Assembly: GCA_035221665.1 (NCBI GenBank)
Contig: CM069138.1
Coordinates: forward strand, 70,308,001 to 70,372,000
From: Okamejei kenojei
Lineage: Eukaryota
Reading direction: 5' to 3'
DNA: 64,000 nucleotides
The translations under genes and the position numbers were made by a program. Within the stretch, counting starts at the first letter, position 1. Each line of letters begins with the position of its first letter. Under the pieces are notes generated by a model, which was not told the DNA's origin, ran no database searches, and saw only the letters and a program-made list of their open reading frames with translations. Below are positions 1 to 11,060 of the stretch, piece after piece.

Positions 1-80
1 GTATATGTAGCTTATCCCTCCACAGATGCTACTTGACCTGCTGATGTTCCTCCTGCACTTCATTTTTTACTCAAGATTAA
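1..80 (+). repeat. Degenerate Penelope-derived short repeat (3' part)
   Basis: cacagatgctacttgacctgctga resembles the cagagatgctgcctgacccgctgag core seen in many other copies in the window. Confidence 0.55.
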
Positions 81-115
81 AAGCTTGGAACATTAGTTGT
101 GCTGCCCACACTAGA

Positions 116-548
116 GCAGCACAATGGCACAGAGAGTGTAGGTCTGCTGCCTCAAATCTCACCAACCTGGCTCAAGACTGACCTCCGCGGTTGTCTGCTG
201 GAGTTAGCACACCCTCCTGAATCCTCGGGGTACTCCGGTTTCCTCGCAGATCCCAACAATAGTCAAGTTGATAGGTTATTTGACCACTGCAAATTGCCAA
301 TGGTGTGTACAGTAGGTGAGTTGAAGGATTGGCAAGGTTGCATATGGGCATCCCTATCTATCCTACAAACCTGCCCAACATCACCCATCTTCCCAGTTTA
401 TGAATTCTATGTCTATCCAGTGGTGAACATGAACAACTCCAAATTCCCAATTACCACCACCAAGTATAGTCTCCTACCTGTCAGGGACAAAGTCATTCTT
501 AGACAAGGTGGACCGAAGGGGTTGTTTCAATGCTGCGTAACTCTATGC
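116..548 (+). mobile_element. Old tRNA-derived V-SINE/HE1-like SINE (fragmented)
   Basis: tactccggtttcctc core at ~231-245 and tail ggaccgaaggggttgtttcaatgctg..ctctatg at ~510-547 match the younger copies. Confidence 0.55.
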
Positions 549-1055
549 TACATGACCGATTCTTGCCTGTTTTGACATGAAAGGTAACATCTCTTGGGAC
601 TCGGGTTTTGGAGATCAGATGTTTCCCCACTCATGTCGTCCTATCATTTATTCTGGTCACACACCTTTACTTTAGAAAGATAGTTGCTAGGAATGCATCA
701 ATATCTACAGTTGACACTGCAACATGTACCACTGCTTCTCAAGTGACTCAGTAAGATCATAGACCCAATATGTACAGGAGGCACGGAAGCCCTTGGGAAG
801 TATGGTGATGGATATCAGGGCAGGCAGGCCCAGTGATATACATCACCATAAGATACTTTAGTTAAAGTATTTCAATAATGTATCAGGTAAACATTTGGAA
901 TATTGGACCATCTTTTCATTAATTATCCCATCGGAGTAGCTCCTTCAAAATCACATCTGCTAATGTGAATTGCTTCGATGGTACCTCTACATGTAATTTC
1001 TTTGAATATTTATTGGGCTTGTTCTCACTGGAGCGAGACCAAATCATTAGTCAAG

Positions 1056-1188
1056 AAGGTTCTGAAGAAAGGTCTCAACCAGAAATGTCACCTATCCATG
1101 TTCTCCAGAGATGCTGTCTGACCTGCTGAGTTACTTCAGCATGTTGTATCCTTGTGTGTAAACCAGCATCTGCAAATCTTTGTTTCAA
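1056..1188 (+). mobile_element. Penelope-derived short element with hammerhead-like core and 11-bp TSD
   Basis: ctgaagaaaggtctcaaccagaaatgtcacc...aaaccagcatctgca; flanked by cattagtcaag at 1045-1055 and 1189-1199. Confidence 0.75.
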
Positions 1189-2890
1189 CATTAGTCAAGC
1201 ATTTCAAGCCATGTATTTATTGTCATGTGCACATATACGGTGAAAAACAGGAACATTGAAAATCTTGCAGCCTCACAGGCACAGTCAAGACACATAAGCA
1301 TGAACCATACATAAATTATCCAAATGGCAAAAAGTAAAATAATGCAAAAATAAAGACATTAATGCGACAACACAATTAAAAACCAAGTCTGTGATTTGTG
1401 CAAGAGATGGTCTGTAGTGTTCCATTGCTGTGGTAAGATTAGGGTTGTGCAGGATGGTTCAAGAACTTCATGACTGTAGGGAAATTGTTGGTCCTGAACC
1501 TGAGTATCAGCTCAAATAAACTTTCCATTGTTAGTGTTTTGTTCGGATCAGTGAACTGAGGCATTTATCCAATGCTATTCAAGGAGTAAAACTGGTGCCT
1601 TGGGAGAAGGAAAATGAATTAGCACGGGCAAATTCAAGTAAAATCAGAAAATAAAGAAAAATAAAGTGAGGCAAAGAAATACTGGTTTAAGAGAATTTAA
1701 AAATAATTGGAAATTATTTATAGTGATACTGATCAAATACATTTTCAAATACATCAAATACATACAGTATCACTCGGTATAGTGATAGCGAGTGATACCG
1801 ATCAAATAAATTTGGATTTGTACAAATCTTTAATGACATTTCTTCCTCGGCTTCTGCTTGACTATTTTCAAGGCATCTTTGTAAAGATATACTTGTTTGT
1901 TAAGAAGATAAATTTATATTTGCTATATAAACGTTTGAATCCACAGTCAATGATGGTTTAGCTACTAAAATACTGAAGCATTACTCCTATTTCTCCAACT
2001 CTTTTTATGGTCTTTTCAAAGCCAAAAGTATGCACTATCTAATTTTCCTTATTTCCAGATGCACTTAATGAATAAAACAAACACTTAGTTTCACCTTAAG
2101 TTATTTTAACAGCTGCTATTCACTAGCTGTGCACTGGCAATGATGGAGAGCATGGACTATGATTGCATTCTTATAAACTTCCAACAACAATCAGATAAAC
2201 CACAAAGGAGAAAAAATACAGAGATCCAAATAAAATTGCATCAGATACTGATGCATTTTTCATGCAAATAAAGTTCAAATTCATAAATGATGTGTAATTT
2301 GACATTTCTGCTTAACTAATTTGCCAGCACAAAGCTACAATTCCACTGAAGCAGATGCTCCTGAATAGACTGCGTTAGAAAACCTCTCATATGTCACCCA
2401 GTTTTGGGATTATGCTCTGAAAAGCATCTGCAATCATTTTTTAACTTATAATTGCTCATTTACTAATTAACAACAATTATACAACACACTGGTGTACTGG
2501 CTTCCTGATAAATTGTTGTTTTTTTCACATATGTCATAGAAAAAATACTGAGCACAGACTCCATATTTACATAATTAATTCAACAATTCATTTGTAATGT
2601 TTTATTGCAGAAAACTTGCTGTGTATAAACAGTGTACTCAATGGGGACATTCGAGTGTTGAATTTGTTAGATAAAATCCTTAATAACTCACTTGTGAGCC
2701 TGTCAGTTTGAGTTATCAGGTCTCTGTCAGTGTGGGATAGTTCAGTGCTGCATTGATCCCCACAGCATAGGCAATATTTTTACTGTTCCAACAAAATATA
2801 CTAGTCTAAATAGTTTTAACATTGCTGTTATGTTATTTTTAGTTGCATGATTCAAATTCATTTTTAGTATGCAAACAATTACTTTCATTT

Positions 2891-3307
2891 AATTTAGTTT
2901 TGAAATATAACGCAGAAACAGGCCCTATGATCCATCAAGTCCACACCAACCAGTGATCACCATACACTAGCAGTATCCTACACATGAGGGCCGATTAACC
3001 TCAAATTTGTATGTTTTTGGAGTGTGGAAAGAAATCAGAGCACCCGGTGGAAACCCACGCAGTCACAAACAACACCCGTAGTCGGGATCGAACCCGGGGC
3101 TCTGACACTGTAAGGCAACAACTCTACTGCTGCGCTATTGTGCTACACTTGTGCCACTGTATGAGCAAATCCAAAGCACCCGGGAAAACCCACATGAGCA
3201 TGGGGAGAACGTACCATATCCATACAGACAGCGCCCATAGTCAGGATCAAACCAGGCTCTCTGGCGCTGTTAGCCATCAACCCTATCGCTGTGCCACTGT
3301 GCCACCC
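2891..3307 (-). mobile_element. V-SINE/HE1-like SINE plus a second 5' fragment
   Basis: Reverse-complement match to the full copy at 16615-16929; the tRNA-like head occurs twice (~3065-3143 and ~3230-3307). Confidence 0.8.
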
Positions 3308-3389
3308 ATAATTGATTTATCCGTAAAAAATATTTCAGGAAAGAAAGTAGAAATATTATCATTTTATCATATATATTGTCCATTTGTAG

Positions 3390-3900
3390 CAGATTTTGCA
3401 GGAGATGACTACAAACTTGGATTGTTTTCTCTGCAGCATCAGAAGCTAAGGGGGGAAATATCAAAGACTAGAGGGCATAGCTTTATAATGAAAGGGCAAA
3501 GCTTAAAGGAGATGTGTGGGCCAGGTTGTTTTTTACACAGAGGGAGGAGGGTGCCTGATGTAGATCAATCAAATTGGCTAATTTGATTGTGTCTGTGTTC
3601 AATGCTGCACATCCGGTCCGTAAACCAGTCCGGATTTTCTATATATCATTCGGCTGGCATAAATGACACCTTAGCCATCAGCCTGTTAGTCAGTCCAGGA
3701 GTCCAGCGATGATAGCACCGTAATATGTTCCCTCTGTGCATATACTTAATAAAGAACTTGTATTTCAAGTTGACTGACTCCATTTTAATACAACTTGAAC
3801 ACCTGGAACACACTGATTAGTTTAGCTTGGCATCGTATACAGCACAGATGTTATGGACTGAAGGGCCTATTCCTGTGCTGTACTTTTCTATCTTCTATGT
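3390..3900 (+). mobile_element. CR1 LINE 3' fragment interrupted by a ~240-bp insertion
   Basis: Encodes KLGLFSLQHQKLRGE..TRGHSF, the CR1 ORF2 C-terminus; the tail ggactgaagggcctattcctgtgctg resumes after the insertion. Confidence 0.65.
3556..3801 (+). mobile_element. Possible solo LTR
   Basis: TG...CA-bounded insertion that splits the CR1 motif gggtgcc|tggaac; contains tatata and AATAAA (3748-3753); TSD imperfect. Confidence 0.35.
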
Positions 3901-4118
3901 TGCAATGTGTCTGCTCTTTTTCTGCATTTTCCACTTTTATTGTTCTCTCTCCCTTTAAGGTATTCTCAGTTTGCACCCCTTCTGATAGTGGATACATATT
4001 TCCCATTTATACATGATGGTAATGGTGGTAATGGTGGTAATGGTGGAGTGAAGCACCTGCCAGGCACTGAGGCCACAGATTGGTGTGGTGCACATTCCTG
4101 TTACTTCTGCTAAATAAT

Positions 4119-4290
4119 TAGTTTAGTTTAGTTTAGACATACAGCGCAGAAACTGGCGCTCCGGCTCACCAAGTCCACGCCAACCAGCAATCCACATACA
4201 CTGGGACACACGAGGTCCAATTTACAATCTTAACCAAAGACAATTAACCCACAAACCTGTACATCTTTGGAGCGTGGGAGGAAACTGGAG
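4119..4290 (-). mobile_element. V-SINE/HE1-like SINE, 3' half
   Basis: (tagtt)n tail and body match the other copies. Confidence 0.75.
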
Positions 4291-4300
4291 GAACTGCATT

Positions 4301-4392
4301 CTGAAGAAAGGTTCTGACCCGAAAAATCACCTATTCTTTTTCACCAAGATACTAACTGGCCTGCTGAGAAACTCCAGAATTTTGTGTCTATG
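4301..4392 (+). repeat. Penelope-derived short repeat with degenerate hammerhead-like core
   Basis: ctgaagaaaggttctgacccgaaaaatcacc. Confidence 0.65.
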
Positions 4393-4681
4393 ATCTGCTA
4401 GCAGAATTGTAGACATAGCTTCAGTCAGCATCAGGTTGGTTCAACTGGCACTAATCACTCAGGAAATTGGAGCCAGAATAATGCAACCAATAGAGTGTGT
4501 ACCTGCTGGCAAACACAAAGAGAGATGTATAGATGAGAGCGGGGAAGAAGTATACCTATAACTTTCATGGAAGTGCCACTGGTATGTGGAGTACATTCAT
4601 GCTACTTTGCTGAATGTGGCCATGACAATTGGAACATCATTGAAATGGACTGATGAAAGCTGTTTCTTGCCATGTAAAAAT

Positions 4682-4735
4682 GGGGTGGAATATTGCAACC
4701 TTCACGTGGTCCGCCCTGTTTCGACGAATGCAATC
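4682..4735 (+). ncRNA. Minimal HDV/CPEB3-like self-cleaving ribozyme
   Basis: P1 GGGGTGG/CCGCCCT (G1-U wobble), P2 ATTGCA/TGCAAT, P3 ACC/GGT, L3 TTCACGT, minimal P4 TTTCGA, J4/2 CGAA with catalytic-position C at 4725. Confidence 0.8.
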
Positions 4736-4825
4736 AGCTCAGCGTGCACAATCAAATAAGATCAAATAGAACAAGTTGTCCTACAACTTTAGGCTGTGCA
4801 CGCCATACGCAAGAAAAAGAAGAAG
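4682..4825 (+). mobile_element. Short non-autonomous retroelement headed by an HDV-like ribozyme (copy 1)
   Basis: Closely similar to 14409-14547 and 54747-54888 (rc); ends in an AAG-repeat tail; no tRNA A/B boxes seen. Confidence 0.85.
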
Positions 4826-5438
4826 GCCAAAAATCATTTTCCAACCTCAATAGAGCACTAAAACCATTCTTCTGATGTTATATGACGTTACAAACCCATT
4901 GTAACAGCATTAATTACACGATGATCATGGGTGATGGAAAATTGATAATAGATGTATTCAAGGGCTGTATTGTTTGGCATCACAGAGCTAAAAGTGCTGA
5001 TTTTGGTGTGGCAATCTGATTTGTCTTACGCTGTCAGACGAGACACAACTAGGACACATTTCACACTTGACTCATGTCAGCAATCAGTCTAATATCTCAT
5101 TTATGCTATTGATGAGTTGATGAGTCTGACCTTAATGTCAGACTTCAATTCGGCTTTCAACATCAGAATCATATCAGCTCCAAATTAGGCACTGCAGCAG
5201 CCAGGCCTTCAGTTCCACGTCCTGTTTGGAGGGTGTGAAACAGGGACAGAAATCTCATGACTAGAGCCAGGATGTTTAGGCATTACAAAACACTGAAATA
5301 AGCAAGCTAAAAGGCATAATAAAATTACAAAAAAGGCACAATAAAGGCATCTATTTGACAAAAAAAGGCTCATAAAGGCATTTATTTCCACCACCAAAAT
5401 ATGGTTTAAATATAAACTATATTTAAATGTATACGACA

Positions 5439-6580
5439 TTAAATGACCAAAGTTGCCTGGTTGCACATAATTACTAGCATTCTTTTCAAATTATCTGGTG
5501 TTAAACTATGCCGTCTGTCAGACAGAATATGCTTCAGTTGCGAAACTCTTCTTTCTACCTCAGCTGAGCTCACCGGTGCATACCCAAAACAAGCTACAGA
5601 CTCTATATTCATGTTGATATCTTGTGTATCATAACTACCTTTGAGAACTTTAGCTATGTTTTGTATTTCTTCAAGATGTTTGTTAGCTAAAATCACTCTC
5701 TCACATTTTCCTTGTATGTCTTTACCTACATCGCCAGGAACTTTACAAATATCGTCAATACTTTGTTGAAAACCTGTAAGTTATTCACTAATGTTTCGCC
5801 ACGTTTCTCAAGGGAAGTGATAACTTGTGGAAGTTTGAAAATTGGAAGCAATAAACACAAGATCGCGGTGGAGGGACTTTCTCTGCATGATTTCACTGAC
5901 AATCCTGACTGCAGCAGATTCTGCAGCATAGTAGAGTACAGCAGCGAGCCATGTGCCCCACCTATTCAAAATGGGCTGAGGAGGTAGCGGAATCTCGGGT
6001 GTCATTTCCTTGATCAACTGCACATGTGACGGTGTTTTGAGGAAGATTTTCTTGACATTGGAAACTAGGCGATCGACATTTGGAAACAAGCTACGTATGT
6101 GCTTGACAATTCTGTTGTCACAAACAGAAGAACATTCTCATGTTTTATACCTTCTGGCCAAAGTACAAGTGAAGATGTAAACAACTGAGCAATAGTTGAG
6201 CTGTTGACTTCTCCAATACTTCCGATGTCAACAAATACTCCTTTGATGGTTAACCTGCGTCAGTGTACCGATGACCACATTGGCAACATATCTCCCCACA
6301 GCATCGATTGTCTCGTCTATTGAGATCCATATTTTGTTGCATGCAACTTCATCTCTAATTTTCTGCACAACAATGTTGAAGTTGCGGTCAACATAACTTT
6401 TCCGTAACGATGACTCGCTTGGTATATGTTCCTCTGTGTATTTCTCTAAAAGACCTCTGAGAGATTTTTTTTACAATTTCCACAGTGGAATTCCAGCATC
6501 AATGAATGCCTTGAACAGATCACTCAAACTCAGATTTGTGACTGGAGCCAGCAGTAAATGTAGTGAGGAGCCAAGCTTGG
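5439..6580 (-). pseudogene. hAT transposase remnant (frameshifts and stops)
   Basis: [57 protein letters not shown], and the C-terminal dimerisation-like YAPVSSAEVERRVSQLKHILSDRRHSL. Confidence 0.85.
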
Positions 6581-6877
6581 GTATTTCGCATGGGTAGTCT
6601 ACATCCCAGCGGTATTAACATTGACTTCACTAATTTTAGATAGCCCTTGTCTTTTCCCTCCTCCCCCTCCCCCTTCACAGCTCTGCTTATAGTCCTACTG
6701 TCTCCGCCTCTTCCTTTCTTTTTCCCGCCCCCCCCCCCCACATCAGTCTGAAGAAGGGTCTCGACCCAAAATGTTGCCTATTCCTTCTCTCCATAGATGC
6801 AGCCTCACCCAATGAGTTTCTCCAGCATTTTTTGTCTACCTTCGATTTTTCCAGCATCTGCAGTTCTTTCTTGAATA
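6581..6877 (+). mobile_element. Penelope-like element 3' end nested in the hAT
   Basis: 6581-6643 reads VFRMGSLHPSGINIDFTNFR*, the C-terminus after the Penelope GIY-YIG domain; followed by a pyrimidine tract and ctgaagaagggtctcgaccc. Confidence 0.85.
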
Positions 6878-9355
6878 GATCTTGCAGAAGACTGAACCAG
6901 CCGGCAACGACACGATCGAATGAATGACCGACGGGTGGTGCCCTCCGGTTTCGCCCTGGGTTCGAAGTTTTCATGTAAGTTATGCTATGTTAATAATAAC
7001 ATTCATATTAACGTGTCAAATTAAAAAATTCCATTGTAATCATGGTACAACTAGAGAAAATAACATGACCCTTTAGTAAATTGGCAAAAAAAGGCACTCG
7101 ATCGTGAAATTATCAAAAAAGGCATGAAAAAGCACATGCCATTTATGGCAGAATCCTGGGTCTACTCATGACATATTGTGTTTGTATCGGTGCTGCAATG
7201 TCGATTTTTATTCAAAAAAATAAATAAATGCCAGGCATTTGAAGCAGCCTGTAATCCTGCTAAATGTATAAACATGGGCCATCAATTCACAGCAGCTTTG
7301 AATCTCTAATGACTGATCAGAGAGGTGCAGGATTTAGGAATAATTTGCACTTTTATGAATCTGCCCAATTATCTTTAATACAATGAAGTGCCTTGAGTCC
7401 TTCACCTTCACTCCATGTGCTTTAGATCCACCCTTTCCCTAAGGATTCAAGTGATTTCTTGAGGTTAACATTCACCTCACTGGCCTGCCCAAATTCCTTT
7501 AACTGAACACTTGAAACATTGGAAGTGTAAAAGAGAATCCTTTCTGTGTGACTGATGGCCTATTGCAAAATTAATGTTAAGGCAAATTAGACAAAGCGTC
7601 CTCAGAGCTAATTCACTCTGTTTCAAGCCCAGCAAAGGAGCAACTATTTCAATGCTTCATGACTCAGTGAAATTAATCTTACATATATTTGATAAGCCAC
7701 AGGCAGCATTTCCAAAACCAGCCACTACTCAGTTGAATTCTCCAAACGCGGTAAAAGGAGTGGTATCAGCATGTCAGAAAGTTTCTCAGGCTTATTAATT
7801 TTCATCTAACATTGGTTCCTTTTATAACATCACACTGCCACAAATGCCCCATTTTCCATTCTTTAGAATGTTGCTATTAATTTGCAATAATCTTTATTTT
7901 TTTTAAGCAGTTGCAGCAAATGAGGTTGGTGAGGCGATGCCATCAACATGTCATTGATCACATCAATGCACACTCCTCGAATTACCAGCCTCTTGTCATA
8001 CAAGATCACTATACCCCTTTAGCAGGATCATTTAGCTGGAAAATGATTGCAGACAAAGATCATTACAACTCATTTTTAACAAGAGTCAGTTGTCCTGCCT
8101 GCTGTTTTATATTGGCCGTCTTATAGCTAAATTATGCCACAGTTTTGAGGGTGATTAGGACAAGGTTTCACATTGCACAAATACAATGTAACTAGCAGGT
8201 TAATTTACTTATTAGCCAATGGAGCGGTCTACTGATTAGTGTTGGCCTGCGTCTTATGTATAATTCATCAGGAGTAATGGCCATTATGGACCTGCACTTT
8301 ACTGGTGTTCCACTGTTACTGTCAATAGTGAACAATATAACCCAGACTGGGTAAAAGTGACAGATTTCCTATCAGTACAGTTGTATCACTCTCCTTGCTG
8401 AGTTAACCTTTTTACTCTGATTGTGTTGGACACTTTCATTTCTGTAAGCCATACTGGTTCCGACCAGCTAACTTTGACCTCGAAACAGTTCATTGATTGT
8501 CCTACACTCGGGCAGGTATGTTTGTCAAACCAGCCCCTGCAGCATGGTGTCTGAACTGGTGATTAAAGTTATGATCATCATTCAGTGCCTTGTTCACCCA
8601 TAAATTAGACAAAGCATTGTGTGGAATGCTTCTGTAGCATCCACACCATTCTTCTGTAGCATTCCTCACACTACTGTGGAACTGCTCAGTGTGGAGCAAC
8701 AGGGTTTGAGAGTAAAGGTAAACTTAAAATGGAGACGTAGATAACAAACCAGGACTAAACAATGGAGTGCAGGAATCGTTCAATATGTTACAATTCCTAT
8801 TATCAATGGAGGTAAAGTGTTAACAGATTTTCAAGAGATTAAAGAGGGTGGGGGATCTGTACACAAGAGGGCTGTGTGTGACTATTCGGTTGAACGAATG
8901 GATTTGATCTCTTGTCTGGCTTCTCTCCTTTCCATCATTTCCTGCCGTTGTAACATAAAGATTTTCATGTTTGTAGGCGATGTCTTCAAGTTTATCAACA
9001 CATGTTCTGGATTTCTGCACATGGACTGTGGATTACTAATTGATTAATCAGTCCCTGCTGTATCTGCTTTGGTAAATTTGAATGCATGGATGATCCAACA
9101 GGTCAGATCGTGCTTACTCCAACCTGCTGCCTCACTCAGTGCTTGTGTTACTCCCACAGCTGCAGTTTCTTTCCAGTCTGCAGTGAGTTTGAACAAGTTG
9201 AGGACTCACTCTTCAAATCGATCAGTGAATCGTTTCTCCATGTCTCATGGCGTGTGTGGAGGTCTGGGATTTGCTTTAGTTTGAGTGCCTGGAGGAGTCT
9301 CCGTTTGGAATTGTTGGTCTTTGCAGAATTATGTGGACTCCTGTGTTCATATTTT

Positions 9356-9655
9356 TTAGTTTATAGATGTTTTAGTCTATAGCGTGGAAACAGGCCCTTC
9401 GTTCCACTGAGTCCATACCAACTAGCGATCCCCGCACACCAACACTATCCTACACACATTAGCGACAATTTATAATTTTACGAAGCCGATTAACCTACAA
9501 ATCTGTACATCTTGTGGGAGGAAACCGGAGCTCTCGGAGAAAACCCACACAGGTCACGGGGAGAACATACTAAAGTTGTACAAATAACACCCGTAATCAG
9601 GATCAAATCCGGGTCTCTGGTGCAGTAATGGCAGCAACTCTACCACTATGCCACC
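9356..9655 (-). mobile_element. V-SINE/HE1-like SINE
   Basis: Near full-length rc match to 16615-16929. Confidence 0.85.
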
Positions 9656-9966
9656 AGTTAATAAACCAACACTGTGTTACAGGAGAGTTTCAGGGCTCTC
9701 TTTCAACTCCACCTCCCTCCACTTGCTACTCCTCTGACAGGTCAGTATATTAAAACACAGCCCCTCTGTCTTCTACCAATCATGTTTATGCTTTCCAGGT
9801 GATTCCTATTGGGAATGATCAGTATGAAATTGCTCAGCCATTAGCAAATTGGCACTAAGTCATCAATCTGAATCTGAAAGGTCGTATGGATGGTTAATGT
9901 GAGAAATTGAAAAATTCACTGCTACGCTGGAGATACTTTTCCGGGGTTGGAATTAGCTGCATTGGA

Positions 9967-11060
9967 CTTTAAATTTGCAGACGATATCACCGGTGTTGGA
10001 CGAATAATGGGTAACGATGAATCAGTGTACAGGAGCGAGATTGATAATCTGATTGAATGCTGCCAGAACAATAATCAATCATTGGTGAGCAGCAAATTTT
10101 GGACTGCAACAGAGCAACATAATACAACTATTTGGCTATACAATGTTGGGATAATTTTCCAATTATTACTATCTCTTGCTTGGATATATACAATTCAGCA
10201 GGACATAGAAGTCAAGGAGTATCACCATTCTACCCGATCATTCACATGCAGAAGCTCTCAACCCCAGTGGAAGTTTTGCCTCATTGTGAAATCATACATA
10301 GTAGTACTTTATCATGACAAGTCATTCTCAGGCTATGTAGCCAGACACAACCCCAACGCCATCTTTAAATTTGCAGTCGATATCACCGGTTTTGGACAAA
10401 TAATGGGTACCAATGAATCAGAGTACAGGAGGTAGATTGATAAATTGATTGAATGCTGCCAGAACATCAATCAATCATTGCTAATCAGCGATGCTAGCTT
10501 TGATTTGTCCTTTTGCATACCTTTTATTCATTTGTTTTTTGTTCCTTTTCATACTCTAGTTTCCCTTTCCCCTGACTCTCATTCTGAAGAAGGATCTCAT
10601 CCCAAAATGTCACCTATTCCTTTTCTCCAGAGATGCTGCCTGACCCGCTGAGTTACTCCAGCATTCTGTGTCATCTTCAGTGTAAGCTAGCATCTGCAGT
10701 TCCTTCCTGCACAATCTGTGCTCAATGTTGCCAAGACTAAGGAGCTGATCGTTGACTACAGGAATGGAAAGCTGATGATCCACAAACCTGTCTTCCTCAA
10801 CAGGATGGTGGAAGAGAGAGTTGACAGCTTCAAGTTCCTGGCCGTGCTTAACTCTGAAGACCTGTCCTGAACCAAGCATCTTGATGCAATCACAAAGAAA
10901 GCTCATCAATTCCTCTACATCATCAGAAGTTTGAGGAGATTCAGTTTGTCGCCAACTATTCTACGCAACATTTGCAGCTCTATGGTAGAGAGCATACTGT
11001 CTGCTTGATTCTCAACCTGGTTCAGTGACATGAACATTCAAGTACAAACGCGGCTGAAGA
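9967..11060 (+). mobile_element. Rex1/Babar-type LINE RT fragments
   Basis: FKFADDITGVGRI..NDESVYRSEIDNL..CQNNN present twice, then LNVAKTKELIVDY..VERVDSFKFL. Confidence 0.8.
10485..10713 (+). mobile_element. Penelope-derived terminal repeat fragment nested in Rex1
   Basis: Pyrimidine tract, ctgaagaaggatctcatcccaaaatgtcacc, then the common downstream core. Confidence 0.75.

Larger units (their letters stand above)
5262..7164 (-). mobile_element. hAT DNA transposon of the CGGBP-related (hAT19-like) group, decayed transposase
   Basis: TIRs TAGAGCCAGGAT (5262-5273) and rc TAGACCCAGGAT (7153-7164); perfect 8-bp TSD CTCATGAC (5254-5261, 7165-7172); transposase motifs on the minus strand. Confidence 0.9.

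Noticed and set aside
99-575. 158-aa ORF (also 3011-3586)
   Set aside because: Reads through SINE and CR1 fragments; no coherent protein
1720-1810. Small hairpin gtatcactcg/cgagtgatac with short direct repeats
   Set aside because: Single 10-bp stem, most simply a local repair or duplication scar
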